From Malacoraja senta (taxonomy: Eukaryota), in assembly GCA_038087875.1 (NCBI GenBank), contig CM075988.1, positions 12,712,001-12,776,000 on the forward strand: a DNA stretch of 64,000 nt, in the 5' to 3' direction. Under the pieces are notes generated by a model, which saw only the letters and a list, made by a program, of their open reading frames with translations, was not told where the DNA came from and made no database searches. This document shows, in pieces, positions 25,631 to 39,771 of this stretch. Positions within the stretch are counted from its first letter, which is position 1. Every line of letters begins with the position of its first letter. A program made the translations under genes and the position numbers.

Positions 25631-26848
25631 TAAGATGATGCATGGTAAGATGATGCAAATGAAGTAACAATGAACAACTCCATTGGAGATGCAACTGGGA
25701 GTTATGCCAAAAGATCAAAGGTGAGGAAAAATGTGCTGAAGAAAGAAAGGTGCCCATTAGTATGGCAGTACAGAGTAGAAAGTAAAATTGCATCCATCAG
25801 AAATAATCCTATGGGTTATCTGATTTGAAAACCTGGAAGAATCACAGGAGCATTCATTTTGTTTTTCTGCAGTCTAAATCATTTTCAGAAGTCCCTTATT
25901 ACTTCTGTGTCACTTCCATTTATTGGTTGTTCCATAGCTTTCTCATCCGTATTAGAGTAAAATGCTTCAGGTGAAATGCATTGGCTTTGTAACTTTGTGA
26001 GTTAATTCCACTTGGTATTTATTTTTTCATTTTCTTTTTACCGCGAGCTTTGTGACCGACGGGGAAAATAAACTCTGTTTCTCATATCCCATCTAAGTAT
26101 GATTGATTACTGACCATCCGTTAGATAGATTTTGAAATGAAAGTATCTATTATTGTGCGTGTAGATGATAATCTAACTAATGTAACAGCTGCTCCTTATC
26201 TTTCCCCCACTGCTTGAGGGAAATATTGCTATTATTTATGCTTTTTCTATCTGAAGATTGTCGAGACTATTCTTTTTTCCATTCCAATCATATTCCATTG
26301 ATATTTCCACAGATAAGCAGCTTCCAAATAACAATGGAAAATAAGGTTGTTATATAGTTAGTTCTATGCAACCATTTCTTATAGTCGAGATTTATTTTGT
26401 ATGTATTTTCATTTTTCATCAACACAGCATGATCTTTGAATGCTGCCAGCTAGGCATGCATTCAACCACAATATGTTGGGGGGTTTTCTGTTGCTGAAAG
26501 AAATATTGCTATTTGCCTTCCCTGTATGGGAATGAAAACATGTTTACTCACGATTATTTTGTATCTTTACTTCTTATTGTTCAAGCGTGTAATCAAATTG
26601 TATGCAAAGGATATAATATGAATGGAATGCATTTTCATTATATTTTGTTCATACTGCACTGACCACAAAATGACCAGAAGGAAAGTGGATTTCCTTCGGA
26701 GAGCGGGCATTACTTGAAAGTCATCTTCTGCTGTAATAATAACTAGTCTGCTGAAAATGGAATTGGAGCAAGATCGCACAGAGTATTTGCTGGGCCATGT
26801 TCTGAGATTTAAACATTATTCTCCTGGATCAAAATGGACACTAAAACA

Positions 26849-26981
26849 TGTGTAGGAAGGAACTGCAAATGCTGGTTTAAATTGAAAATAGACACAAATG
26901 GCTGGAGTAATTCTGCGGAACAGGCAGCATCTTAGGATAGAAGGAATGGGTGAAGTTTCGGGGTGAGACCCTTCTTAAGAC
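26849..26981 (-). mobile_element. PLE pLTR half element
   Basis: tgtgtaggaaggaactgca...gtttcggggtgagacccttcttaaga. Confidence 0.85.
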
Positions 26982-29900
26982 ACATGTTAAGAGACGTGCA
27001 GATACATGTTAAGGTTGTGTGAAGTCATGGGTGGAATGATGGGCAATGGGCAAAGTATCTTCACACTAGAATTGCAAAATCCAGGCCTTGTGCATATACT
27101 CACATGCCCCAAAACACTCATCAGGGCCAAAGTTGGTTCAAGATGCGATCATCGCATTGAGGTTCACTGGAATGACTTCAACTTGTGTGGCTAACATTAG
27201 CCTTAGATGGGGTGATGGTGGAGTGGAGAGGAGGATGGTGGAAGTGAGTTGTTGTTATGGGGATAACAAGAAATCGAAGTAAGTGAGTGAGGCTAGTACA
27301 TCACACTTGTGAGAGAATGACAAATGCAATCAATTTAACTAGATTAAAGCAGCATTTTAGTGATACTGCCACACTGGTAATAAAGTTATGTTACTTTCAC
27401 CCCAAAGAACACCAACTAGGTAATACATTGTGTTACTGGTTGCCAGCAAGAAAATTGAAGCAAGATCTGCCTTCCAGCTTAATCATCTCCAGACCAACCA
27501 GGCCCTTAAATTAATGTATGAGTTTTCACACATTCATAAGCATAGTCATACAGCACAGAAACAGGCCAAACTCACACAGGCCGACCAAAATGCCCCATCT
27601 AAACTAGTCTCATTTGCCTGCAATTTGGCCCGGATCCCCCTTAGCCTTCCTATCCATGTACCTGTGTGAACTGCAAACTTACAGAGGAAAATTGTATGAG
27701 CTAAATTAAAAATATGCTGCATGCTACTTGAGGTCATGGTATAAATCAAGCACCCCTTGTGCCTAAATGTAGCTTCCAATCAAATTTAATCAAATCAGAT
27801 TTTAGATATTAGAACATTGTGCCTCAGAGAAGGATTTTCAGGCCTTGGAAAAAAATTCCCCACATCAACCAACATTTTGTTTGAAGGCATGCTGCTGGAA
27901 AATTCAGTAGTGCAGAGTCCCAAGCTTAATGAAATGGTCTTGTGTGAGAAAGTCCCTTGTTTTTGCACATTTCACCAATCCAAAACTCTCAAAGGAAATC
28001 ATGTAAGATTGTGATCAGGGCAGCATCGAGCTGTGAGGTTGTGGATGGTTGACTGACAGAGCCCTACTCCCTACTGATGTAGGGAGAGATATGGAATGAA
28101 TGGGCATCATGGCGCTGAGCTTAGAAGAGTGTTCATCCACCATAACGTCTGTTTCCGTGCTGTACAACTATGAATGGGTGAAAACGCATACATTCATTTA
28201 AGGGCCACTACTTCCTGGATGGTCTGGGGATGATTAAGCTGGAAGGCAGGTCCTGCTTCTATTTTCTTGCAGGCAACCAGTAACACAATGTATTTCCTAA
28301 TCGCTGTCCTTTGGGACGCAAGTAACTTAACTTTGTAACCCTAACAATATCACTAAAGCAGTATCACTAACATTGCTGCTTTAATCTTGTGGAGTTATCA
28401 GGTTAGGATAGGATGAAAGGGCTAGTCCAGGACTGGAAGTGTGATTAGCCTGGGGATGATGATGTGGAGGATGGAGTGAGAGGCAGAAGACAAGGCCCAG
28501 TACCAGAGAACGTGGAGAATGTTGGTAATCAGCAGTGGCACATGTTTCTATACCAGCAGTCTGAGAGTTTGTGGTTAGTTGAGAGATCGATAACCAGGGG
28601 GTTGGGTGGTGAAGTGGGCCTTGTTGTGGTTCAGCAGCTCGGTGGTCACTGGAGTGTAGTATAGGGATAGTGGTTTGTCGGGGTAGGAAGTGGGTGCTCC
28701 AAGAAATTACTGAAACAGACCACATAAATGCTGCAATGTCCAATGGGAAGGTATGGGTGTGTGTGCGTATGCATGGCTAAAGAGCCAAAAAGTGGCACTC
28801 AGGTGCACATTAGAACAAACAAAGTCATAGATATAATGGTCTGTACAGCACCTCACCATCTGCTGCAGCATTCATCAACTACACTCCCTATTCATGCTTC
28901 ATAACTTCAAATCTGTGTCACTCTTGAATGTGCCAGATGACTCACCATCACTCTCTCTTTGGGCAGAGTCACTACCAGAATCTGTTGGGGACATGCCATC
29001 GTTTAGCTGGCTCCATTCATCAATGCATCAGGGGCCTCTGGGGAAAATCACAAAATCGATTCAGCTTGCAATCAATCCTCCCTTTTTCTTTTATCTGTAA
29101 TTGAAATTGAATTGTCATGTTGAAAAGTTTTTCTGAAGCATGAAATTATTGTATAAATGTCCAGCAGCAAACCAAAAGGAGACAGAAAATGTTGGGGGAT
29201 GCTCAGCAGGTCAGAAGCATTAACATTGCTTAATATCCCCTACATTTTCCATTTTTTATTTCACGGCAGATTTTGTGTTGCTTTTTAACCAATGATGAGG
29301 TTAATGTACCTTTAAGTACCGCTCAAGAGAAATTAGCAATTGGCTACTCTCAATCAACTGGGTTCACTCACCTAAGCCATTGACATAGCTTGTAAATAGT
29401 TGAAACTTAAGTGGCTGAAGAATTTGTCAAAAATTGCTCTGACAATTTATATTCACCTTGATAAAGAAAGCTGTATTAGAAACTCCCAACTGTCTTGAAA
29501 CTGAGGTCATATCTCACTCCTTTGCGGGTTTTTTCCAAAGATTATTAGGTTGAGGCTGTAAGTAGCATGATTGACATTGTATATCTTGATTTTCAGCAAG
29601 GTGCAATATGCAGCTTAATAAAATAGAATCCAGTGGAATTAGATTTTGAGTTGGATAAGCAATTGGTTGCATTTGTATAAGCAGGAGCTTGTTATTAATG
29701 GAAGTGATTTTGCACAAGAACTATTTCAAGTGGAATTCAACAGGAACCGGAAGGTGCCTTTCAAAACCCTCAGATGTATGTGACGGCGGTGTTATCTTGC
29801 ATGTGGACAACAAACAAGTTTGCAGATTAAATTGGTGAGAAAAATAACATGGTGTGTGAGTCCCTGAAGACTCGTACACATTGACACACATCTATTACTA

Positions 29901-30365
29901 GAGGAGGTTTTGGTGGCAGATTGGCAGTGGAGCAGTCTGTCAAAGGTCTGTATGGCTATCTGTACCCTATAACTGACATGGGCGAGTGTAATATATCCAA
30001 GTTTGTTGATGGCATAATTCTAGTTATACGGGACACTGAGAAAGTTGATCCATAAAGGGTTAGTAGCTGCTTAGATCACAATAAGACATTGGTGAAGAAG
30101 TACAGTATCATACAGTTTGAAAAAATAAAGAAAATGTGAGTGTTTATCATGAGGTGTTCAAGGGGCATTTGGATATCCTTGTGTTATGATTAACAGAAAC
30201 AGATCATGTGTGCGAAGCACAAGTAGGTGGATAAAATACATGTTATCGTTTGGATCATTTATGGAAGGAAAATGTTCTAAATTATTTTGGTTTTATTGAG
30301 ATTCCACTTGGAATGGGAGGGTCTTGGTCTCCTGAGGATGCTTGAATGACATGCAGAGAAAGTTG

Positions 30366-30489
30366 TAGGAAGGAACTGCAGATGCTGGTTGAAACCGAAG
30401 ATAGACACAATATGCTGGAGTAACTCTGTAGGACAGGCAGCATCTCTGGAGAGAAGGAATTGGTGATGTTTCGGGCCGAGACCCTTCTT
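30366..30489 (-). mobile_element. PLE pLTR half element with TSD
   Basis: Perfect 12-bp repeat cagagaaagttg at 30354-30365 and 30490-30501; hammerhead-like core on the minus strand at 30465-30492. Confidence 0.88.
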
Positions 30490-30799
30490 CAGAGAAAGTT
30501 GAGTGGATTGATTCCTGGATTGAGAGTGCTGAGAAACATGTAGAGTAGAAAGGAAACATGTTCTCCGGTGTCAGGTGTGCCAGGGAATATCACTGAAATA
30601 TATAAAATTCTCAGAGCATTCATTCAGTGACAACCTGTTTCCTGGGATCCCAGCCTAGTATTAGGATCACAGGCTCTGGATATAAAATAGGCCACTGATG
30701 ATCTAGTTGAGTAAGCTCTGTCACTTGGTATGGTGAAGCTCTAGCGTTCATTGTCGCAGAAGGCTGTAGGTCCCTGAATGTATTTAACATACTAACTAT

Positions 30800-31014
30800 G
30801 TGTAAGAAGGAACTGCAGATGCTGGTTTTAACCATTGATAGACACAAAAAGCTGGAGTAACTCAGCGGGACAGGCAGCAACTCTGGAGAGAAGGAATGGG
30901 TGACATTTCTGGTCTAGACTGAAGAAGGGTCTCAACCCGAAACGTCACCCATGCCTTCTCTCCAGAGATGCTGCCTGTCCCACTGAGTTACTCCAGCTTT
31001 TTGTCTCTATCTTC
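30800..31014. mobile_element. Fold-back PLE pLTR element with TSD
   Basis: aacatactaactat (30786-30799) and aacatacaaactat (31015-31028); arms of about 70 bp. Confidence 0.9.
30919..30946 (+). ncRNA. Minimal (short stem III) hammerhead ribozyme core, putative
   Basis: CTGAAGA-A-GGGT[CTCA]ACCC-GAAA-CG-TC; palindromic ACGU; stem I not well formed. Confidence 0.6.
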
Positions 31015-31973
31015 AACATACAAACTATTTCCTTTGTGGGCTCTGGTGGAATCAAAAGATATGTGAATTAGCTGGAAAGGTAGAGCTGCAGAGAAACGGC
31101 AATAGTCATATATTTTCACTGTCAAAGAAAAGAAGATATGAAGTTGGAAAGCGCCATTGTAAGGAAGGAAATGTGACAACAAATTGAGATTTTAGGAATT
31201 TAGCCTTGTTTACTAGTTTTATGTTATAAGGAATATGTACTGATCACAACACCAGCTAGTCTCTGAAATGGAGACACAAGATCCTTTGTGCCCCCACTAT
31301 TATCTCAACCAAAAGATACTATCCCAATCAATGCTGCATAATATCAATATAATATAAATGTAATGATCAGTATCAATAGGTTTATTAGGTTTAATTTCCT
31401 GTAAAGCTTGTATCTGACAAATCAGAGGAGAACATGTGCTGCCTATTGAGCCATGATTGAATCTTGTTTGACCTCATCAGGATCCAGTATTGAGTTTGGA
31501 ATGAGCGACAACATGGGCAACATTAGAAAAATTGAACAATTCACTTGATAGGATGATGAAAGGCAATTAAGCTCTACAGTAGACACATACGAATCTGTGG
31601 ATGCTGGTATCTTAAGCAAAATGGAGGCACCATCTGTGGAGGGAATAACCAGGTGATATTTCAGGTCAGCACTTTTGTTTTGACTGATTTTTTTTTTGGG
31701 GTGGGGGGGAGAGAAATCTGGAGAAGAGAGTTCCTAGCTGTATTGTTTAAGTTCTCCAGAATCTCTATTTTCATCATCCTATTAGCATTATACACATAAC
31801 ATTATTGTATAAAATTTAAATGTTATGCTGAAAATAATGGTGAAATGTTACATAAAGCAGATTGAACAGCAGTTGCCAGCAACCATAGATGTACAAAAGT
31901 CAGAATGTTGCTGAAGGATTTACCTTCACTGCTGAATAATTGCCCTGTTCTTCCAAAGGCTTCTCCATGGCAT

Positions 31974-32694
31974 TTCAAAGGTTTCAAGGTCAGTTTATTG
32001 TCACATGTACCAATTAAGGTACAGTGATATGCGAAGCACCATACAGCCATACAATTTTTAAAAAGCAACAAGACAAACAACTATTTAAAGTTAACATAAA
32101 CATCCACCACAGCGGATTCCCCACATTCCTCACTGTGATGGAACGCAAAAAAATGCCAATCTTCTTCCTCTTGATTCTCCCACGGTCGGGGCAGTTGAGC
32201 CATCCGTAGGGGCGATCGAAGCCCCCACATCGGGGCAATCGAAATTCCCCCATCGGGGCAGTCAGAACCCCCGCGGCTTGGAGTTCCTGATGTCGGTTTC
32301 TGACCAGAGACCGCGGGTTCTGTGATCTAAAGTCTGCAAGCACCCATGGTTGGAGCTCCGAGGTCAATCCCTGGCAAATGGATCGCAGGCTCCGCAATGT
32401 TAAAGTCCCGTAGGCTCCCCGCGGTGGGGCACTCAAAATCGGTCTCCAGCAAAGGCCGCTGACTCCTCGATGTTAGGCCGCGGTGCGGACGGAGATACGA
32501 TACGGAAACAAATCGCATCTCCTTCGAGGTAAGAGATTAGAAAAAGTTTCCCCTAACTCCCCCCTCCATCTCCCACATATAAAACAAGCTAAAGAACACT
32601 AAAAACATACATTTAACATATACAATTAAAACACAAATAAGGAAAGGACAGACAGACTGTTGGCGAGGCAGCCATTGCTGGCGCCACCCGGTGG
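31974..32694 (-). mobile_element. GC-rich non-autonomous retroposon, apparently full length
   Basis: Minus 5' end ccaccgggtggcgccagcaatggctgcctcgccaacag; 3' end tgtgacaataaactgaccttgaaacc; colinear with 45044-45765. Confidence 0.85.
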
Positions 32695-33189
32695 AAATTA
32701 TGACTCACAAATTTGTGCCACACGCCTCTCAGTTACCCACCGGACATCTCGAGGAAACAGCATATCAATCTAATGTGAATAATTTATAACAGCATTATAA
32801 TTTTGAATTATTACCAAACAAACTACCTGTCACAAAATAAATGACATGTGTTTAATTTCATTGAATTTTATTTATTTATGAATAATTTTGAAATTGGAAT
32901 GATGTTTCTTTTTTCTGCAATTTTCTGACCCTTCTATTTCTCTCCATCTAAATCACACCCTGTTTCCTACTTTTTGTTTCACTTTCTTAAGTTCGAATTA
33001 AATATTCTAATACCAATCTCAACTACTGACTTCACTGGGTAGAAATTCAATTTTGGTTTCTGGCACCAAACATTTCCCATGGTATCTAGTCCTACAAGCC
33101 GCTTTTATTGGAAGAGAAAGACAATAGATGGCTAAGTCTGTAGCATGCATTTAGGATTAGACACGGCACTATTAATATTCTCTTCTTTA

Positions 33190-33495
33190 CAGAGTGGTAC
33201 AGAATGGAAACCCACTAGCCCATTGAGTCCACGCTGATCGACCACCATTTTACATACATCTTCCATTAATCCCATTTTGTTTTATTCTCCCTACATTCCT
33301 GTCAATTCCTCCCAGATTTGACCTCCCACCTACATATGAGGGTTAATTAACCCAACAACCTGCAGCTTTTTGAAATGTGGGAGAAAACTGAACCACTTAG
33401 TCCAAGGGAGAACCTGCAAACTCCACTCAGACAGCACCTGAGGTCAGGATCAACTTGGGTCTCTGGCCCTGTGAGGCAGTGGCTTGACTAGGCCT
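33190..33495 (-). mobile_element. Older V-SINE-type SINE
   Basis: gggagaacctgcaaactccactcagacagcacctgaggtcaggatc...ctgtgaggcag. Confidence 0.8.
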
Positions 33496-33794
33496 GTAAG
33501 ATACTACAATTTGTTGTCTATGTGTTTAGCAGGAAAAAGTAACAAGGGTAGAGCCTCTAACCTTTTTGATGACACACAGTAATGACAAAAGCATACAGAA
33601 AATCATATCACATGGTGCAGAAAGTTTTTAAAGATGTACATATCGAACAACCCAAGACAGATATCTGCCCTACCAAGTCTGTGTCAATGTTACAGACCTG
33701 TGATATATTGCTGAGAGGAAAGGGGTGTAGTCATTGAGAGAACACGGTGTCCTCGCTTTATGTAGAAGATGCAACACTGCTTTAGATTTCTCAT

Positions 33795-33983
33795 GTGTAG
33801 GAAGGAACTGCAGATACTGGTTTAAATCGAAGGTAGACACAAAATGTTGGAGTAACTCAGTGGGACAGGCAGTATCGCTGGAGAGAAAGAGTGGGTGAAG
33901 TTGTCTGAAGAAGGGTCTCGACCCGAAACATCACCCATTCCTTCTCTCCAGAGATGCTGCCTGTCCCGCTGCGTTACTCCAGC
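33795..33983. mobile_element. Fold-back PLE pLTR element with TSD
   Basis: ctttagatttctcat (33780-33794) and ctttagatctctcat (33984-33998); core ctgaagaagggtctcgacccgaaacatc at 33905. Confidence 0.9.
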
Positions 33984-34634
33984 CTTTAGATCTCTCATTA
34001 CTGCTGTTCCTAATGCAGAAAAGCCTACACTCACTCCCTGGCTGTTTGGTGAAACGCAAAAAAAACTGACTGCACAGGCACCATAAAATTTCACAACTTT
34101 ACAAGCCTTGTTGTATTTGTCAATAACTGTATTCAAAATCAATTTTATAGTGATAAGACATATCCAGCAACTCAAATGTTCGTGCGTGAACATAAATATT
34201 TTATTTGAGTGCTCTCCTGAAACCCTGATCAATAATGAAACCGATGATTTATTTCCCCCTTGCTCCTTGGTCCATTCAGTTGCAGCAGCAGTTTGTTTTG
34301 AATGATCACTCTCTCTTAACAAGGAAGCAGGGTGGTACTGATCATATTTGGTGCAATTAGGTCCAAAGGCACATCTGAAGGAATATTTATGTGTCTCATG
34401 GTGGTGGTGCTGGAGGTAGTGGAGGAGATGTGGCATTGAATGCGGTAAAGGCTTCATCTTGATGCTGGTGATAAGGCTTATCTGAAGGGCGACTTTAAAC
34501 TTATTTGTGTAAGTCATTCTCCCTCTCCAATGCTGGTCACAAGTCCAGATAAGGAGGTTAGCTTTAAGAAGAGTATCTTTCTGTAAATTTAACCAATTAA
34601 AGTGCACATCCAAGGAGCTAATCGGCTAATTTTT

Positions 34635-34728
34635 AAGATAGACACAAAATGCTGGAGTAACTCAGCTTATCTGGCAGCATCTTTGGAGAAAATAGATTGG
34701 TGACGGTTTGTGTCGGGACCCTTCTTAG
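34635..34728 (-). mobile_element. PLE pLTR half element
   Basis: Family motif. Confidence 0.8.
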
Positions 34729-35644
34729 GTTATTTTCTGTATGTGGCTGAACATTTGGATTGTCGAAATAATCAGAGAATAGGAACCCTGTTTCAACTAT
34801 ATTTGGATTGGATAGGCTGAAGAAGAATTAGAACAACAATATGTTACCTTGTCTCTGGACTAAATGTTCCTGCGTTCTGAACTGCTCCAACTTTGGAATT
34901 GAGATGGGTCTAACGAAGAGACATAAAACATGGAGACATACTTGTTGATGGAAAACATAGACATAGTAGATGGAGATGAGGTATCTTTATCAGCATGGGC
35001 AAGTTGGGCTGAAGGGCATGTTTCCATGCTGTATGACTCGACAACTCTATAACTCTAAATTTAAAAAAATCCAAGCGACAATTTTACATTTTGGGTTTAT
35101 CATTAAGCACGAAGAGGAAATGGCTGCTGTGCAGAAACTCAATAGATCTTGAGCATGGCCAAGTAATCAAACTACGACTGCAGAGTTGTTTGCTTATCCC
35201 TTATGCCACACACATTAATGAGTTTTGTGGTGCGTTGGACTAGTTTATATTCCTCAGGCATTGAGAGCAATCAGATCTGAGCAATCAGTCAGCCCGATAA
35301 TGAATAGGAAGGTTTGTGTTATGGATTTAATTATTTCAGGATTTGCAAAGGTCAGCCAGCCAGCGATCTGCATTGTAATCGTACATCACATTAGAAGGCA
35401 GTTTCGCTGGTACCTAATTACCAAAAGCTAACTGCTAAATGTGTAAATTGACTATTTAAATCTATATCCTGATGTTAAGGAAGGATGGAAAAGACTGAAT
35501 TGAACAGTTAGTGTTCATGAGTAAGACAGCATTTGAAATGTTTGCCACAACTGCTTTTTGCAGCAGGTCGTCTATCAAGAGTAGTTGATGTTTCAAACAA
35601 TTTCTGAACTACTGTTCAAAATTATCATATAACTTTGCGAGTTT

Positions 35645-36969
<1,325 letters not shown>

Positions 36970-37094
36970 CCATTTCGGGTTTTTTCTCCACCAGGCTGTC
37001 AAATGTCCATTAACTCCGTTAAAATAATTTTGTGACATGAATTATTCATCATAGACCACATTTTGAGCAGAGCAACTCTTTCCAATGGCACGCT

Positions 37095-37317
37095 AAGGGT
37101 GGTGGGTGTATGTAATGAGCTGCCAGAGGAGGTAGTTGAGGCTGGGACTATCCCAAAGTTTAAGAAACAGTTAGACAGGTACATGGATAGGACGGGTTTG
37201 GAGGGATATGGACCAAGCGCAGGCAGGTAGGACTAGTGCAGCTGGGACATGTTGGCCAGTGTGAGCAAGTTGGGCCGAAGAGCCTGTTTCCACACTGTAT
37301 CACTCTATGACTATGAC
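37095..37317 (+). mobile_element. Young CR1/HER1-like LINE 3' end
   Basis: agggtggtgggtgtatg...ttgggccgaagagcctgtttccacactgtatcactctatgactatgac. Confidence 0.92.
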
Positions 37318-38040
37318 AAAGGACTTCCTTTCCTCCAGCGCCTTTGATTTCTCCACTAGCATTAAGTGTGTTCAATTTGTACATCTGATTTATTCCTTGG
37401 TTTAAATGTAATCTTAACCAAAATTCCACGTATTATTCACTTCCCACATTAACATGAAAGCTGCACTGAATTCCTCGGGCAATGTGGAAATTATAGTGTA
37501 CATTGCAAATAGCTTAGTCTTAGCAGCTTTAAAGTAAGCAGAGAAACAACATTATTAAAGATGTAACAGATTTGCTTTTGCAATGTGTTTACTTCAGACC
37601 ATGTTACCTAATGCAATCTTATTTCAACAACCATTGGGTGGGTTACGATTCTAGCTGCAAGGAGATGGAGGAATATTCTTTGTATTAGATAGGAAGGATG
37701 CAGTTAATTTTATGTGCTTTAGTCTAATTTATAAATCCATTACATTTTGATATCAGAACTTCATAAGCCCTTTGACATGTCTAAACATGTACTGGCTTTG
37801 CAGAATCTTGAAATCAATAAATAAAAAGCATAGGATTATAAATGAGATTGGAATAATCCTAACCAAGAAGCATCTCCCACATACTGCCATCAAATCCACC
37901 ACACAAGTGACAACAATTTAATTTCTCCCATGCAGCTCATTTTGTTCCACTAATTGCTCAGCGGCAATGCATTGTTTCATGGGTCGGATTTAATTAATGG
38001 GCCTGATTGTGCTGAATTCCTTCCTGTAAGCTGTGGTGAA

Positions 38041-38145
38041 CTTCAGAACTTGAAGAAAGGTCTCAACCCAAAACGTCACCCATTCCTTGATCTCCAGAGA
38101 TGATTCCTGTCTTGCTAAATTACTCCAGCATATTGTGTCTATCGT
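38041..38145 (+). mobile_element. PLE pLTR half element
   Basis: ttgaagaaaggtctcaacccaaaacgtcacccattcc... Confidence 0.8.
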
Positions 38146-38538
38146 CAGGCTAACTGTGTTGTGTGGGTCAGTCAGCTCATTCTTGTGGATCAGTGCAGGG
38201 ATCTATTAAGATAAGGGTAAATCACAGACCTTGAACAGTGATTCCAATGATGCTGGTGTTGGGAGATGTCGTTGGAGTGGACGTACATTTGTACAGGGGA
38301 AACTGCTGACCCAGGCCTTTTGACCAACAGAACTTGGGGACATTAGGTGAGGTGCACACCATGAAGAATCAGCCAGTTGGGAAACAAACAGATTGTTGCA
38401 AAAATGTGCTGTGCTGACTTGCACGTATTCAAGGAAGTGGCCTGGGGAATGTCTGTAATTGGGACTTCAACATCGGATCGGGTCACGACTGGTGCCAGGG
38501 AAAACTGCAAGTCAAACTATGGATGAAGCCTCCTGCTC

Positions 38539-38851
38539 GTTTAGATTTTGGTTTAGTCTAGAGATACAGCACCAACTCGGGTATTTCGGCCCACCGAGTC
38601 CACGCCGACCAGTGATCTCTGTACTCCAGCACTATCCTACACACTAGGGACAATGTACCATCTTTACCGAAGACAATCAACCTACAAACCGGTCTTCGGA
38701 GTGTGGGAGGAAACCGGAGCACCTGGGGAAAATCCACACAGGTCACGGGGGAACATACCAACTCCGTACAGACGGCACCCATAGTCAGGATCGAACCTGG
38801 GTCTATAGTGCTGTAAGGCAGCAACTCTGCCGCAGTTCCATCATGCTACCG
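38539..38851 (-). mobile_element. HE1/V-SINE-type SINE
   Basis: Tail, core and head. Confidence 0.9.
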
Positions 38852-39074
38852 TTCATGATATTAAGTTAAGTACAAATGTTTCAACTGTAATACAGTCTGC
38901 TTTAATTGTGGCCTCTGCTTTCAAAATCAAAACCAAGCTGCAGGTCAGTTGTGGACACAACTGTTCCCCCCCTCCATCATTGCACTCAGGACCAATGTCT
39001 GAAGCTAACACAAAATGTATTTTGCACCATGCTCCTCAGCTGTTCAGTGGAATGCTGGCCAATGAAGGATAAAA

Positions 39075-39305
39075 TCATGAGGTCATAAGGAATAGTAGAA
39101 TTAGGCCATTTGGCCCATCAAGTCTACTCCGTCATTCAATCATGGCTGATCTATCTCTCCCTCCTAACCCCATTCTCCTGCCTTCTCCCCATAACCTCTG
39201 ACACCTGTACTAATCAAAAATCTATCTATGTCTGCCGTAAAAATATCCATTGACTTGGCCGTCACAGCCTTCTGTGGCAGAGAATTCCACAGATTCACCA
39301 CCCTC
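39075..39305 (-). mobile_element. Young CR1-type LINE 3' end
   Basis: Close match to 25265-25500 and 48920-49050. Confidence 0.9.
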
Positions 39306-39771
39306 AGCTAAATGAGGTCATCATTCTTGATAGAACATTTTAATTCAGATTTTGTTTGATTCTCTTGAACTTTTTAATAAATCATAATTAAAGTAAATTT
39401 ATTATTTGAAAAAATCATTTATAATTTGATTATTTAAGTGCATCTGAACTTTTAAATGTCAGATAATATGTGAGATTGAACAAAAACTGTTGCAAGTCTT
39501 TTGTGAGCAGTGATCTGTCAAAAGGCCATTACACTGGCCCAGGAGGCCGGACTGCTGCTGATGTCCATCCTAGTTTCACAGAATGGTCATGGTAGCAAGT
39601 TCTTGCATTTATTTCAGTTCAGTTCAGTTCTGTTCAGATTAGCCCCCCCCCCCCCCAGACTGCATTTAGATCAGAGAGGCCACAAGAGCAAAAATCCAGG
39701 AGAGAGCTCATCCAACACTTGAGATCAAGAATGCTGTTTGAATTACTCATCCATAAAGCAAAGCAACCTTG

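Larger units (their letters stand above)
29490..31090 (+). mobile_element. Highly decayed CR1 LINE reverse-transcriptase region hosting two PLE insertions
   Basis: IVYLDFQQ (about 29576) and CNISKFVDG (about 29988, cf. ISKFADD) remnants in the expected order. Confidence 0.6.

Noticed and set aside
30354..31028. Recurring palindromic repeats as a CRISPR array or MITE
   Set aside because: They are dispersed rather than regularly spaced, in a eukaryotic context, with variable TSD length and a link to a PLE ORF.
32640..32694. Possible HDV-like ribozyme at the 5' end of the GC-rich family (ggctg-cctcgccaa-cagtc)
   Set aside because: Only a simple hairpin; no P1/P2 pseudoknot or J4/2 motif could be built.
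33822..34613. Longest ORF (263 aa, minus strand)
   Set aside because: Its C-terminal part runs through a PLE hairpin insertion and no domain is recognisable; treated as a chance ORF.
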